The position numbers and the translations under genes were made by a program. This document shows positions 48,818 to 59,555 of a DNA stretch of 64,000 bases, in pieces. A model generated the notes under the pieces. The model searched no databases, was not told the DNA's origin, and saw only the letters and a list, made by a program, of their open reading frames with translations. This DNA comes from Candidatus Omnitrophota bacterium (GTDB taxonomy: Bacteria; Omnitrophota; Gorgyraeia; Zapsychrales; JAKLDJ01). Where the stretch lies: assembly GCA_022703585.1 (NCBI GenBank), contig JAKLDJ010000004.1, positions 2,814 to 66,813 of the forward strand, read 5' to 3'. Each line of letters opens with the position of its first letter. The first letter of the stretch is position 1.

Positions 48818-51643
48818 ATGGACAGCAACTTTATAGTCATCCGCGGCGCCAAAGAACACAATCTTAAAGATGTTGATCTTCAGTTGCCGCGCAATAAATT
48901 TATCGTTATAACGGGCCTCAGCGGTTCGGGCAAATCGTCCCTGGCATTTGACACGATTTACGCCGAAGGCCAGCGCCGTTATGTGGAAAGCCTTTCGGCA
49001 TACGCCCGGCAGTTCCTGGAACAACTGCAGAAACCGGACGTCGAATACATCGAAGGCCTGTCACCCACGATCTCTATCGAGCAGAAGACAACCAGCCGCA
49101 ATCCCCGCTCGACCGTCGCTACCCAAACCGAAATTTATGATTACCTAAGGCTGCTCTTTGCCCGGGTGGGAACACCGTATTGCCATCGTTGCGGCAAGAA
49201 AATCGAACGGCAAACTGCCCCGGAAATTGCTCAGCAAATCCTGCAAATCGGCGAAGACATCCCCATCAATATCTTAGCCCCGCTGATCCAGGGGCGAAAA
49301 GGAGAGTACCGCAATATCCAAACCCAAGTCACCAAGGCCGGGTTTGTGCGTTTACGCGTCGACGGAAAGATTTACGATGTTGCCGACAAACTCAAACTTG
49401 ACAAGTTTAAAATCCATCACATCGAAGCCGTCGTCGACCGCTTAAATATCAAAGCCAATGCCAAGAAACGCTTAACCGAATCCATTGAAACCGCCCTAAA
49501 GATCGGTAACGGCCTTTTATTAATCGATTTTAACGGTAAAAAGCCCGACAAGATTTTTAGCGAGCGCTACGCCTGCACCGACTGCGGCATCAATCTTTCC
49601 GAAATCGAACCGCGCATTTTCTCCTTTAATTCGCCTTACGGCGCTTGCCCTAAATGTAACGGCTTAGGGACCAAGATGGAAATCGACCCGGACCTGCTCA
49701 TCGGGGACCCGACCAAACCCTGGATCCAGGCCATCGCTTCCTGGGGCGCGGGCAACCGAGGTTTTATGATGTACTACCGGGCGGTCTTGCGCGAGATTGC
49801 CGGAATATACAATGTTAACCTCGAAACACCGTTTAAAGACCTTGATAAAAGCTTCAGAAAACTTGTCCTTTCCGGTTCAAACGACGAAATATGGGGGAGG
49901 CGATTCGAAGGAGTCACAGGCTACCTGGAAAGGCTTTTTAGAGAAACCGATAATGATTGGCTTAAAGACGAGGTGTCCCGATTCATGTCGGTGTTGCCTT
50001 GCCCCGAGTGCAAGGGCACGCGGTTAAAGAAAGAATCGCTGGCCATCAAGATCACCGATAAGAACATCAATCAAATCGCCTCCATGTCCATTAAGGAGTC
50101 ACGGCAGTTTTTTTCTAACCTTAACCTCTCGCGGGAAAAGAAGATTATCAGCGAACAGATCTTAAAAGAAATTATCCGCCGGCTTGATTTTTGCATTAAT
50201 GTCGGTCTTGAATACCTTACCCTGGACCGAAAAAGCGCCACTTTGTCCGGCGGCGAAGCCGAACGGATCCGGCTCGCGACTCAGGTCGGTTCCGGCCTGG
50301 TGGGCGTTATTTACGTCCTTGACGAACCCAGCATCGGCCTCCATCAAAAAGACAATATCCGGCTTTTAAAGACGTTGGAGGCGCTGAGGGATTTGGGCAA
50401 TACCCTAATTGTCGTTGAGCATGACGAGGCCACCATCCGGGCCGCCGACTACGTTGTCGATTTAGGCCCCGGCGCCGGAGAATACGGTGGCGAGGTTATT
50501 TATGCCGGTGATGCGGCCGGTTTACTGAAATCAAAAAAATCGACCACAGGACAGTATTTGCGCGGCGAACTTCAAATTGCGCTTCCCTTAAAGAGGCGTG
50601 AGGCAAAACCCTCTAATAGTCTTAAAATTTTCGGCGCCCGCCAGCATAATTTAAAGAATGTCGACGTCACCATTCCTTTAGGCGTATTCGTCTGCATTGC
50701 CGGAGTATCGGGCTCAGGAAAATCCACTCTGGTCGATGACATTCTTTTTAAGGCATTAGCCCAAAAAATATATCGCTCAAAGGAAAAACCGGGACTCCAC
50801 AAGCGTATTGAAGGAATTTCTAACCTCGATAAAGTCATTGTCGTCGACCAATCGCCCATAGGGCGTACGCCGCGCTCGAACCCGGCCACCTACACCGGCG
50901 TTTTCAGCCAAATCCGTGACCTCTTTAGTCAGTTACCAGAGGCAAAGCTGCGCGGATACAAGCCCGGGCGTTTTAGCTTTAACGTCAAAGGCGGCCGCTG
51001 CGAGGCCTGCTCGGGAGACGGTATCAAAAAGATTGAAATGCATTTTCTGCCCGATGTCTACGTCGAATGCGAAGTTTGTAAGGGCTTACGGTTTACCGAA
51101 CAGACCCTGGAAGTCCGTTTTAAAGGAAGCAACATCTCGGAAGTCTTGAATATGTCCGTTCAGGAGGCGATGGGGCTGTTTGACAATATCCCCCGTATTC
51201 GCAATATCCTGCAAACTCTTTGTGATGTCGGACTCGGATACATCAAGCTCGGGCAACCGGCCACGACGCTTTCCGGAGGCGAGGCACAACGGGTAAAACT
51301 TGCCAGTGAGTTGTGCAAATACGCGACCGGGAAAACTCTTTATATCCTGGATGAGCCGACAACCGGGCTGCATTTTGCCGATGTTGATAAACTTTTAAAC
51401 GTACTGCAACGCCTGGTTGACCGCGGAAACACAGTCCTGGTTATCGAACATAATCTCGAAGTCATTAAAACGGCAGACTACATCATCGACTTAGGCCCCG
51501 AAGGCGGCGACAAAGGAGGAGAGGTTATTTTTGCCGGCACTCCGGAAGAACTTGCCAAATACAAATTTTCCTATACCGGGCAATACCTGAAAGATTTCTT
51601 GCATGCGCACAGCGCGTTGAAAAATAAACCGAAACTGTTATAA
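48818..51643 (+). CDS. uvrA: Excinuclease ABC subunit A
   Basis: 941 aa; two ABC modules ([18 protein letters not shown]), Zn-finger Cys clusters, LSGGE signature twice. Confidence 0.95.
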   Translation: MDSNFIVIRGAKEHNLKDVDLQLPRNKFIVITGLSGSGKSSLAFDTIYAEGQRRYVESLSAYARQFLEQLQKPDVEYIEGLSPTISIEQKTTSRNPRSTVATQTEIYDYLRLLFARVGTPYCHRCGKKIERQTAPEIAQQILQIGEDIPINILAPLIQGRKGEYRNIQTQVTKAGFVRLRVDGKIYDVADKLKLDKFKIHHIEAVVDRLNIKANAKKRLTESIETALKIGNGLLLIDFNGKKPDKIFSERYACTDCGINLSEIEPRIFSFNSPYGACPKCNGLGTKMEIDPDLLIGDPTKPWIQAIASWGAGNRGFMMYYRAVLREIAGIYNVNLETPFKDLDKSFRKLVLSGSNDEIWGRRFEGVTGYLERLFRETDNDWLKDEVSRFMSVLPCPECKGTRLKKESLAIKITDKNINQIASMSIKESRQFFSNLNLSREKKIISEQILKEIIRRLDFCINVGLEYLTLDRKSATLSGGEAERIRLATQVGSGLVGVIYVLDEPSIGLHQKDNIRLLKTLEALRDLGNTLIVVEHDEATIRAADYVVDLGPGAGEYGGEVIYAGDAAGLLKSKKSTTGQYLRGELQIALPLKRREAKPSNSLKIFGARQHNLKNVDVTIPLGVFVCIAGVSGSGKSTLVDDILFKALAQKIYRSKEKPGLHKRIEGISNLDKVIVVDQSPIGRTPRSNPATYTGVFSQIRDLFSQLPEAKLRGYKPGRFSFNVKGGRCEACSGDGIKKIEMHFLPDVYVECEVCKGLRFTEQTLEVRFKGSNISEVLNMSVQEAMGLFDNIPRIRNILQTLCDVGLGYIKLGQPATTLSGGEAQRVKLASELCKYATGKTLYILDEPTTGLHFADVDKLLNVLQRLVDRGNTVLVIEHNLEVIKTADYIIDLGPEGGDKGGEVIFAGTPEELAKYKFSYTGQYLKDFLHAHSALKNKPKLL

Positions 51644-51651
51644 TAATCCCC

Positions 51652-54150
51652 ATGACCCTAATAAAAAAGTTCTCATTTCTGATTCTGATCATTGCCTTAT
51701 CAAGCCTTAGTGTAGTGACGCAACAAACCGGAAGATCTTTTGCCGAAAATGACGAGGCGGATCTTTTCCTGGTTGCCCAGAAAGCATTTGATGACGGTTT
51801 TTACGATGTCGCAACCCGCTACATCGATCAATTCCTTGAAAAGTATCCGCAAACAGCCAAACGCGCCGACGCCAAGCTCCTTTTAGGGCAATGTTATTTT
51901 CTTAAAACCCAATACTTAAAAGCCTTTGACATTTTTCAAGAGCTCCAGCAATTCCCCGAATTCAAAGATGCCGCGCTCTTCTGGCTGGGGGAGACTTACC
52001 TGAAAGGTTCCGATTACAAGCAGGCAGAATCCCAGTACAAGCAGCTGGTTGATCTCTATCCGGAATCCAGCTATGCCGTCCAAGGCTACTATTCCTTGGG
52101 GTGGACCTACTTTAACCAAAAAGATTTTACTTCGGCTAAAAACACCTTTGAGGAGTTTGTAAAGAAATTCCCTAATCATGAACTAAGCGAAGATGTGCTT
52201 TTTAAAATCGGCGAGTGCAATTACAATCTGCACGATTACGCCGGCACAATTCGCAGTTTTCAAGAATATGTCACCCGTTTTCCTCAATCCAGCCGGCACG
52301 ACCAGGCGTATTTTTATATGGCCGAGTCTAACTATTATCTCGACAACCTACCCGGGGCCATCGAATATTACGCTAAAACCGGCGATATCTCTCACGACGA
52401 TAAGATAACGCTCATGTCTAAGTTGGGGCTGGGATGGAGTTATCTTAAGTCAAAAGATTACACAAAATCCCAGCAGGCCTTTGATGCGGCACAGAAGATT
52501 TCCCAGGAGAAAAATATCCCTTCGGACGACATTTACTTGGGACAGGCAAACCTCTCCTACGAGGCCGGTGACTACACGAAAGCGCTGGAGGCCTACAGCC
52601 AACTGTTGCAATCATTTCCCGGTAGTCCGCGTATCGCAGAGGCCTATCTGGGAAAAGCAAATGCATTATACCTGCTTAAGAATTACGACGAGGCCATAAA
52701 GGTATTTAAAGTCATCATCGAGACCTTCTCCGCAGACCCTAACGCCAAAGAAATTATTGAAAAGGCCTACCTGGGCCTGGGATGGGCTCATCTTAAAAGC
52801 GAAAAGGTCGATCTGGCCATCGCTAACTTTCAGGAGGTTGTTAACCGCTCCGAAAATAAGATTATCCAAGTCAGTGCCTTAACTCAAATCGGCGATGCCT
52901 ACCAAGATATGGGCGAAATCGATAAATCCCTTGAAGTTTACGACAAAATCCTTAAAGACTTTCCGGATAGTCTTTACACCGACTATGTGCAGTACCGGCA
53001 AGGTATCGCGCTTTTGCGGCTCAATAAAATCGAAGCCGCCACGCTTGCTTTTCAAAGCCTCAAAACAAATTTTCCCACCAGTAAATACCTGACGGATATA
53101 AAATATTATCTGGGGTTGGCTTATTTTAAGAAGGAAGACTGGGCGGCAGCCAAAGAACAGCTGACCGGTTTTATCAATGAAATGCCTGCCATCAACGAAT
53201 CTCAACCCGAGGCCCAATACCTGCTGGGATTATCAAATTTTAACCTGCAAAACTATGATGAGGCTATCAAGGCCTTCCAAAAAGTTATTAAGAATTATCC
53301 CGATCAGGCTTCCATTGTAAAGAATGCCGAGATCGCGACCGCCAAAGCCTTTTACGGCCTGGGGGATGCCAAGGAAGCCGCCAAACGGTTTAAAATCATC
53401 ATTTATAAATACCCCAAGACCGATGCCGAACTCGAATCTCTGACATGGCTGGGCGATTACTATTTAAAGACTGCGGATTACGTTAATGCCGAGATGTATT
53501 ATAAACAGCTTATCGAAAACTTTCCCGGAAGCGATAAAATTCCCGAGGCCCACTACAGCCTTGGCCAGATATACCAGGAAACCGGCCAGTTGGACAAAGC
53601 CCTGAATGATTATAAGTTAATCGGGGAATCATCTGATTCCGAGTTAGCCACCAAAGCAAAATTGGCTATCGCCGATATCTTTTCCAAAGAAGTCAATCCG
53701 CAGGCCGTGGTTGAGACCTACCAAAAAATTGCGGACGGTTCCCCGGAGTTTGCGCGCGATGCCTATGTCAAGATCGCCGAGACCTACCGCAATAATAACG
53801 ATTACGAGAACGCCATGAAGACATACCAAGATGCGCTTAAGGCCAACGCGGGCTCGAGCACATTTAAGAATGCCGAGCTCCAATTTAATATTGCCGACCT
53901 CATCGAAAACCTCAACAAGCCCAATGAAGCGGTCGAGGCATATTTAAAAATACCTTATCTGTACCCCGATGAAACCATCTGGGCGGTTAAGGCGTATTTG
54001 CGCATCGCACGAATCTTTGAGAATGCACAAGATTGGGAAAACGCAAAGCTTACCTACAATAAAATTATTGCCTACGGTACCGAAGAAGTAAAATTTGCCC
54101 AAGAACGGCTTGACTGGATAAACAGTAACGCTCATTCCCCTAAAAAATAA
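51652..54150 (+). CDS. Large secreted tetratricopeptide-repeat protein (YbgF/CpoB-like TPR arrays)
   Basis: 832 aa; N-terminal signal peptide; more than 15 TPR-like 34-aa units (recurring motifs of the form A...Y..G..Y....Y..A...F). Confidence 0.75.
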   Translation: MTLIKKFSFLILIIALSSLSVVTQQTGRSFAENDEADLFLVAQKAFDDGFYDVATRYIDQFLEKYPQTAKRADAKLLLGQCYFLKTQYLKAFDIFQELQQFPEFKDAALFWLGETYLKGSDYKQAESQYKQLVDLYPESSYAVQGYYSLGWTYFNQKDFTSAKNTFEEFVKKFPNHELSEDVLFKIGECNYNLHDYAGTIRSFQEYVTRFPQSSRHDQAYFYMAESNYYLDNLPGAIEYYAKTGDISHDDKITLMSKLGLGWSYLKSKDYTKSQQAFDAAQKISQEKNIPSDDIYLGQANLSYEAGDYTKALEAYSQLLQSFPGSPRIAEAYLGKANALYLLKNYDEAIKVFKVIIETFSADPNAKEIIEKAYLGLGWAHLKSEKVDLAIANFQEVVNRSENKIIQVSALTQIGDAYQDMGEIDKSLEVYDKILKDFPDSLYTDYVQYRQGIALLRLNKIEAATLAFQSLKTNFPTSKYLTDIKYYLGLAYFKKEDWAAAKEQLTGFINEMPAINESQPEAQYLLGLSNFNLQNYDEAIKAFQKVIKNYPDQASIVKNAEIATAKAFYGLGDAKEAAKRFKIIIYKYPKTDAELESLTWLGDYYLKTADYVNAEMYYKQLIENFPGSDKIPEAHYSLGQIYQETGQLDKALNDYKLIGESSDSELATKAKLAIADIFSKEVNPQAVVETYQKIADGSPEFARDAYVKIAETYRNNNDYENAMKTYQDALKANAGSSTFKNAELQFNIADLIENLNKPNEAVEAYLKIPYLYPDETIWAVKAYLRIARIFENAQDWENAKLTYNKIIAYGTEEVKFAQERLDWINSNAHSPKK

Positions 54151-54204
54151 AAAGGGAATTTCCTTAAAAACTTAAAAGACGACTGGCCCCGAAGGAGGAC
54201 AAAA

Positions 54205-54891
54205 ATGACATTATGGCAAATGAACGCCTGGGAATTGATGGCAGCCGGCGGACCGCTGATGTATCCTATTCTCTTATGTTCCGTCGTGGCCTTGACAATC
54301 ATTTTTGACAGAATTTTTTATTTTTCAAGCCTTAAAACCGATACCCAGCAGCTTAAGCAAAAAATCTTTGCCCTGATCAAGAACAACGATATCGCCGAAG
54401 CCATAAATTCCTGCGACACAAATCCATCGCCCGTGGCAAGGGTCTTAAAAGCCGGAACTGTCAAATTCGGTTCTTCAAAGGAAGAGATCAAAGAAGAAAT
54501 CGAGGCTGCCGGTCATTTTGAAATACCCAAACTCGAGAAAGGCTTAAGCGCCTTGGCCACCGTCGCTCATATTTCCCCGCTTTTGGGGCTTTTGGGCACG
54601 GTCACCGGCATATGCGGAAGTTTCTACGCGATTCAAACCAAAAGCGCATCGCTTAGCCCGGTCACACCCGGGGATCTGGCGGGAGGCATCTGGGAGGCCC
54701 TGCTAACAACGGTGGCCGGACTTACAGTTGCCATACCGGCCTTTGTTGTTTACAATTATTTTGCATACCGGATTAACGCCATTGTTTTGGAAATGGAAAA
54801 AGCGGGAACCGAGCTGGTCAGCCTTTTATGCCAGGTATCGGAAACACAGGCCGCGAAGGAAAAACGGGCACCCCGCCAGGAAGAAATTTAG
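54205..54891 (+). CDS. tolQ: MotA/TolQ/ExbB-family proton-channel protein
   Basis: 228 aa; 3 TM helices; conserved C-terminal TM region TVAGLTVAIP..V.YN. Confidence 0.8.
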   Translation: MTLWQMNAWELMAAGGPLMYPILLCSVVALTIIFDRIFYFSSLKTDTQQLKQKIFALIKNNDIAEAINSCDTNPSPVARVLKAGTVKFGSSKEEIKEEIEAAGHFEIPKLEKGLSALATVAHISPLLGLLGTVTGICGSFYAIQTKSASLSPVTPGDLAGGIWEALLTTVAGLTVAIPAFVVYNYFAYRINAIVLEMEKAGTELVSLLCQVSETQAAKEKRAPRQEEI

Positions 54892-54911
54892 CTTTACCGG
54901 GAGAGTCAAAG

Positions 54912-55316
54912 TTGAAATTTAAACGGCACTCAAAATTAGAATACGGCTTAAAGCCAATCGATCTGGCGCCATTCGTTAATATTGTTTTTCTGCTTTTGAT
55001 TTGCTTTATTCTTATTTCGACACTCACCGTCCAGTCGGGCATTAAAGTTAGATTACCCCGGGCTATTACCAGCGAAATTATCAAAGAAGAGAGCCTGACC
55101 ATAACCATCACCAGCGAAGATGTCATGTATTTTAATGACTCGGTCACAACGGTCCGTGAGCTAAGAAAAGAACTTTCAAAATCCAGGAACAAAGAACGGC
55201 CGATTTTGATTAAGGCTGACCGGCGCGCTTCCGTAGGGCGGATTGTCGATGTCTGGAGCCTGTGTCGGGATTTAGGTTTAGAGAGAATCAATATCGCCAC
55301 GGACCAGGAAAAATAA
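54912..55316 (+). CDS. tolR: ExbD/TolR-family protein (probable TTG start)
   Basis: No in-frame ATG; TTG at 54912 preceded by GGAGAG RBS; single N-terminal TM helix (PFVNIVFLLLICFIL) and periplasmic domain typical of ExbD/TolR. Confidence 0.65.
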   Translation: MKFKRHSKLEYGLKPIDLAPFVNIVFLLLICFILISTLTVQSGIKVRLPRAITSEIIKEESLTITITSEDVMYFNDSVTTVRELRKELSKSRNKERPILIKADRRASVGRIVDVWSLCRDLGLERINIATDQEK

Positions 55317-55338
55317 TTACCGCAAAGAAGGGTGGGGG

Positions 55339-55794
55339 ATGTTCTCGCCGGTTAATACACGGTACATTGGAATAAAATCTTTTTTTCTCGCCGCTATCTT
55401 CCATCTAAGTCTGTTGGGACTGTTCACATTTACCCTGTCTGTGCGCGATACGCCTCCGGAGCCGTTCTTTGTTTTCCTGGGATCAATTTTAACCAAACAC
55501 GATTTAGTGAACCCGGGATCGCTGGACACCGCATACGAAATCGGTCAAATACAATTTTCGGATTCCGAAGCTGCAGCCACACCAAGAATGACAACAAGGA
55601 ATCTGCCTCTCCAGCATGACAAAAAACCCTCCTTCCTGGACCATCCTCTGACAGCACCTAAAAAAACCTACAAAGATACACGCGGCCTTTCAACGGCTAA
55701 AGCAGCGCCCCTTGCCACGGAAAAAAAGAAACCGATAACCGAACCAGCGCCCTTAAAAATTCAGCTCAAACTATATCCTGATGATCAAAATTGA
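55339..55794 (+). CDS. TonB/TolA-like membrane-anchored protein lacking a recognisable C-terminal domain
   Basis: 151 aa; N-terminal TM helix with His (AAIFHLSLLGL, SxxxH-like); Pro/Lys/Thr-rich low-complexity region; no TonB C-terminal domain. Confidence 0.45.
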   Translation: MFSPVNTRYIGIKSFFLAAIFHLSLLGLFTFTLSVRDTPPEPFFVFLGSILTKHDLVNPGSLDTAYEIGQIQFSDSEAAATPRMTTRNLPLQHDKKPSFLDHPLTAPKKTYKDTRGLSTAKAAPLATEKKKPITEPAPLKIQLKLYPDDQN

Positions 55795-56047
55795 TTTTTC
55801 ACTGGCTATCGGAATATATTCTTTACTAATAGTCCTTCTTGTCTTCGGCCGATGGATATTCTATAATTATATTAGTAAAGACGAGGGGCCGGTTGTTCTG
55901 GCCCAGAACCTCCGTCAGTGTCCATATTGCACATATATCTTTTTTGATTATTCACGCGACCCGTTGGCAATTTGCCCAAGATGCGAAAGTCTGATTGAGG
56001 CTAAAAATGAGGCTCATGCAAAAAACGAGGGGACCGATGAAAAATAA
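55781..56047 (+). CDS. Small membrane protein with a CxxC...CxxC zinc-ribbon
   Basis: 88 aa; one TM helix, then CPYCTY...CPRCES; overlaps both neighbouring genes by 11-14 nt. Confidence 0.4.
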   Translation: MIKIDFSLAIGIYSLLIVLLVFGRWIFYNYISKDEGPVVLAQNLRQCPYCTYIFFDYSRDPLAICPRCESLIEAKNEAHAKNEGTDEK

Positions 56048-56387
56048 CGAAAACGGCGCTATCCTCATCACCGTCGCTGTGCTCACCCTGGTCATGATGA
56101 TCCTTGTCGTCAGCGTTATCAGCCTTAATGTCAGTCAGATTAAAACAAATCGCCATCAAGCCCAGCGCATCAAAGCCGAGCAAATCGCCAAGCAAATTTT
56201 CTGGCAAAATTACTCCAGCCTGAGCTTAACCGGAAGCCCTCTTAATCCTTTAACCGGAATAATCAATATACCAATCAATGGCGGCCCCTCCACGGAAGCT
56301 TATGAATATACGATCACGCCGACCCCCGGTGCCGGCCCCGGTGGAACTGATGTCTACGCGGTTGACGTTCAATACCCTGGGCAATAA
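56037..56387 (+). CDS. PilX-N-like minor pilin / pseudopilin-like protein
   Basis: Start MKNNENGAILITVAVLTLVMMILVVSV resembles the PilX_N motif (N.RG.ALI..L..L..L....); Gly/Pro-rich C-terminus; ATG at 56037 chosen over 55995. Confidence 0.45.
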   Translation: MKNNENGAILITVAVLTLVMMILVVSVISLNVSQIKTNRHQAQRIKAEQIAKQIFWQNYSSLSLTGSPLNPLTGIINIPINGGPSTEAYEYTITPTPGAGPGGTDVYAVDVQYPGQ

Positions 56388-56523
56388 TCCATTCCCACGC
56401 ACTTCCTAAAAACACGCTTCCAGAACCACCTCCTCCAAAAAACCTAAATCATTATTGACAGAGTAAGTCTATTATATTCTAATTAAGTATAGAGAAACCC
56501 ATCATACAATTAAGAGAGGGAAG

Positions 56524-56709
56524 ATGAATAGCCTACTGGACGTCGAAGAATTGGCCAAATACCTCAAGCTGCAGAAGCAGACTATTTACAATTGGCTAAG
56601 CCAACGCAAAATCTCCGGCATAAAAATCGGGGGCGTTTGGCGCTTTGACAAGCGCGAGATTGATAAGTGGTTACGGTCTCAGGCGCGTAAAGTCAGAGAA
56701 AGCAATTAG
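56524..56709 (+). CDS. Small helix-turn-helix DNA-binding protein (excisionase / MerR-like HTH_17 type)
   Basis: 61 aa; LLDVEELAKYLKLQKQTIYNWLSQRKISGIKIGGVWRF is the classic HTH_17/Xis-like pattern; RBS agagagggaag. Confidence 0.65.
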   Translation: MNSLLDVEELAKYLKLQKQTIYNWLSQRKISGIKIGGVWRFDKREIDKWLRSQARKVRESN

Positions 56710-56781
56710 TCAAAGTAGTCATTCTGCAACAAGGCATGATTGAGCAAGGGGCGTAAATGCGCAGGTTACCACGAGGTAAAA

Positions 56782-58371
56782 ATGATTAGCAAGAAACAGC
56801 TGGGAATATTCTTTGGGGATAATTCTCTGAGCATCGTTGAAACAGAGAAACAGAAACTCCTTAATTTCTTTGACGCCCCGCATAGCCTTTTTGACGAGTC
56901 AAAGACCTCGTCTCAAAACATTCCCGACAACATCCGATTAACCGCCATTATCCAAAAGTCGCTGCGGGATAAGAAAATCGAGACCAACGCCGTTAATCTA
57001 TCCTTGCCGGCAAAAGACATCATCTTGCGTTCCTTTTTTATCCCCTGGATGACTTCCTCGGAAGTCAAGGGAGTCGTCGACTTTGAGGCCCGGCGATACC
57101 TTCCGTTTAAACTTGAAGAATTAGTCTACGGTTACTACAGCAAGACTGTTAAGGAAAAAAAGACCCGACGCATCCGGATCCTTTTCGTTGCCGTAAAAAA
57201 GGATGTTGTGCAACGATACTGTGAAATCCTAGAACAGGCTTCGCTAAAAGTAAATTCTATCGAAGCGGCTGTCTTTAGCTTGCTGCGGGTTTTGAGCCAT
57301 AAAAAGAAATTACCACAAAATCAAAGAATCGCCATTATCCAGATGGGAAAAAACGATGGGACCATTTTGGTGGTTGACCAGGGGATTCCTCAATTTACCC
57401 GGGATTTTCGGTTAATCGCACCCGGGAGCCAGGCCTTTGAATTCGACCCCAATTCGATGAATATGCGTCTTTTGAATGAGGTCCGCATATCCCTGGATTA
57501 TTATAGACGCCAGCACGCCTCCGAAGGCATCGACAGGATTATTTTCGTTACCCCTAACGAATCAGTTGCGACCACTCAAATCCTGAAAGAAGACCTTGGA
57601 ATTCCGGTAGATTCCCTGAATATACATTCCCTTATTAATCTTGAAGAGGAAGTCGGCGTGGGCGTTGCGAATGCGTTTGGCGCCGGATTAAGGGGCTCCG
57701 TCACTTTTCCGATCGACATCGATTTCGCAAAAGAATTGATTAAGCCGGAAGAAAAGGCTCTCGAGGCAGAGAAGATATTTGAGAAAGCGCCGCTCAACTA
57801 CTTATCCATCGTCAAAGTAGCAGCCGCCTCGTTGGTAATCTTATTTCTGGTGTTTATCTCTTTTAACCGGCAGGTCTCGGCATATCAAAACAAAATGAAC
57901 ACCCTCAAGAATAACCAGAGCGCTTACGCAACAACAAAAATTGAAGACATCAATAAAAAACGGGAAGAAAAGGTCAAAAAGCTTGAAGAGTACAAAAATA
58001 TCCCGCTAAAAAGCGACGTGGCCTTTCTGCTCAGCCACATTCCAACACTTTTGCCAAAAGGGACATGGCTAACTACTATGAGTATTAATTTAACCGACAC
58101 GGATACCTCAGCGAAGGCCTATACCTTCAAAGGCACCACCCTGGAATCGAAACCTCAGAATAAAACAGGTATCAATATTTCCATTGATACCTCAGGATAT
58201 ACGTTTGACCCTGACATTAACAAACAGATTGATCTGGTTAACCAAATAATCACAAACTTCAAGAATTCTCCCAAATTAGCACAGGCATTTCAATCCATCA
58301 ACTTAACAAAAGCAAATAAGCAGCAAATCGAGGACCAGACAGTAACCGCTTTTCAAATACAGTGCAGATAA
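56782..58371 (+). CDS. pilM: Type IV pilus assembly protein PilM fused to a PilN-like TM/coiled-coil region
   Basis: Actin-like ATPase-fold N-terminal ~350 aa (PilM-like) then TM helix LSIVKVAAASLVILFLVFISF and a coiled coil (PilN-like); RBS before ATG 56782. Confidence 0.6.
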   Translation: MISKKQLGIFFGDNSLSIVETEKQKLLNFFDAPHSLFDESKTSSQNIPDNIRLTAIIQKSLRDKKIETNAVNLSLPAKDIILRSFFIPWMTSSEVKGVVDFEARRYLPFKLEELVYGYYSKTVKEKKTRRIRILFVAVKKDVVQRYCEILEQASLKVNSIEAAVFSLLRVLSHKKKLPQNQRIAIIQMGKNDGTILVVDQGIPQFTRDFRLIAPGSQAFEFDPNSMNMRLLNEVRISLDYYRRQHASEGIDRIIFVTPNESVATTQILKEDLGIPVDSLNIHSLINLEEEVGVGVANAFGAGLRGSVTFPIDIDFAKELIKPEEKALEAEKIFEKAPLNYLSIVKVAAASLVILFLVFISFNRQVSAYQNKMNTLKNNQSAYATTKIEDINKKREEKVKKLEEYKNIPLKSDVAFLLSHIPTLLPKGTWLTTMSINLTDTDTSAKAYTFKGTTLESKPQNKTGINISIDTSGYTFDPDINKQIDLVNQIITNFKNSPKLAQAFQSINLTKANKQQIEDQTVTAFQIQCR

Positions 58372-58374
58372 CTT

Positions 58375-58995
58375 ATGATTACCCTAAAAGATTTAAGCGA
58401 ATATGATGTAAAAAATTTGGACATAAAGAAGATTGTCCAAAATATCCGTCAAAGCCGGGAATTGATGATTAATATTGTCATCGTTTTCACGACATTTTTC
58501 CTGGCTATTCAAATCATCGACAAGAGCTCCAAAGAAATAAGTTCCCTGAAGATAAAAGTCGCCGATCTAGAAAAAATGTCAAAAGCCATCACTGAATACA
58601 AAAATGCTGATGAAGCTCTGACCCTTTTTCTGAATGCCTCTCCGAAAGGGTTAACCGAAACAGAGGCCATCATCAATAAAATAAACAATTACGCCATCAA
58701 GCATGATATACAGATTTTATCGTTCACTCCCGCTCAGCAGGAAAACAGGGAGAATCTCAAGAAAACCGGAGTTACGTTTGATTTTAAAGCCAATCGATAC
58801 GAAGATATCGGGCTCTTTATTTATGACATCGAAAATGCTGATTACAATTTCCGCATTGAACAGTGGAGCGCGTCCTCAGCGCCGCCGACTAATCTTCGCG
58901 AGGATGAGCAAGCAAAGGCTATGAAAGCAACCGACAAGGACATAAATCCCATAGCCGTCAACATGAAAATAGCATCAATCGAGTTAAAGCGATGA
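58375..58995 (+). CDS. pilO: PilO-like pilus assembly protein
   Basis: 206 aa; N-terminal TM helix, coiled coil, then a ferredoxin-like periplasmic domain; position after pilMN. Confidence 0.55.
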   Translation: MITLKDLSEYDVKNLDIKKIVQNIRQSRELMINIVIVFTTFFLAIQIIDKSSKEISSLKIKVADLEKMSKAITEYKNADEALTLFLNASPKGLTETEAIINKINNYAIKHDIQILSFTPAQQENRENLKKTGVTFDFKANRYEDIGLFIYDIENADYNFRIEQWSASSAPPTNLREDEQAKAMKATDKDINPIAVNMKIASIELKR

Positions 58996-59492
58996 TAATG
59001 CCCATAAGAATCCTAACCATCTTGTTCATCGGCTCTCTTTTTTGGGCAGGACAAGCGCCGTGCGAAAACGGAAACGCCTCGACAAAGAAAGAAACACTGA
59101 GCTTCAAAGATCCTTTTTCTTCTCCGTTGCCGAAAAAGAAGATTATTCCCAAGAAAGTTGAGGAAAGAATTCCAGTAAAACCGGTCGCAGAAATCGTAAA
59201 AGTAGAGAGGGAGATTATTCCACCGTCTCTTTCCATCCAAGGCCTGATATGGAATACAGACCGCCCCCAAGCAATTATCAACGAGAGCGTTGTTGGCATC
59301 GGTGACACGATTGAGGGCGCGAAAATTGTTAGTATTCAAAAAACGGGTGTTTCAATCGCTTACGAAGGAAAAACATTTCAGATCAAAAAAGATGTGTCCT
59401 CATCGACGCAATCAAAACGCAGATCAGGTGGCAGTAATCAAAACAGGAATTCTTCGCCGTTTCCGGAAGAAAATAGGCCTTTTGAACCTTGA
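58992..59492 (+). CDS. pilP: PilP-like pilus assembly lipoprotein
   Basis: 166 aa; signal peptide; beta-sandwich region LIWNTDRPQAIINESVVGIGDTIEGAKIVSIQKTGVSI typical of PilP/GspC HR domain. Confidence 0.55.
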   Translation: MIMPIRILTILFIGSLFWAGQAPCENGNASTKKETLSFKDPFSSPLPKKKIIPKKVEERIPVKPVAEIVKVEREIIPPSLSIQGLIWNTDRPQAIINESVVGIGDTIEGAKIVSIQKTGVSIAYEGKTFQIKKDVSSSTQSKRRSGGSNQNRNSSPFPEENRPFEP

Positions 59493-59555
59493 GGATAAAT
59501 TTGATTCTGGTAAAAAAGATTGACGTTATCTAAAATAGTTAAAGAAGGGAGCCTT

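Noticed and set aside
56455-56490. TTGACA hexamer upstream of the HTH gene as a sigma70 promoter
   Set aside because: No acceptable -10 hexamer at 16-18-nt spacing (candidates at 9, 12 or 24 nt), so it was not called
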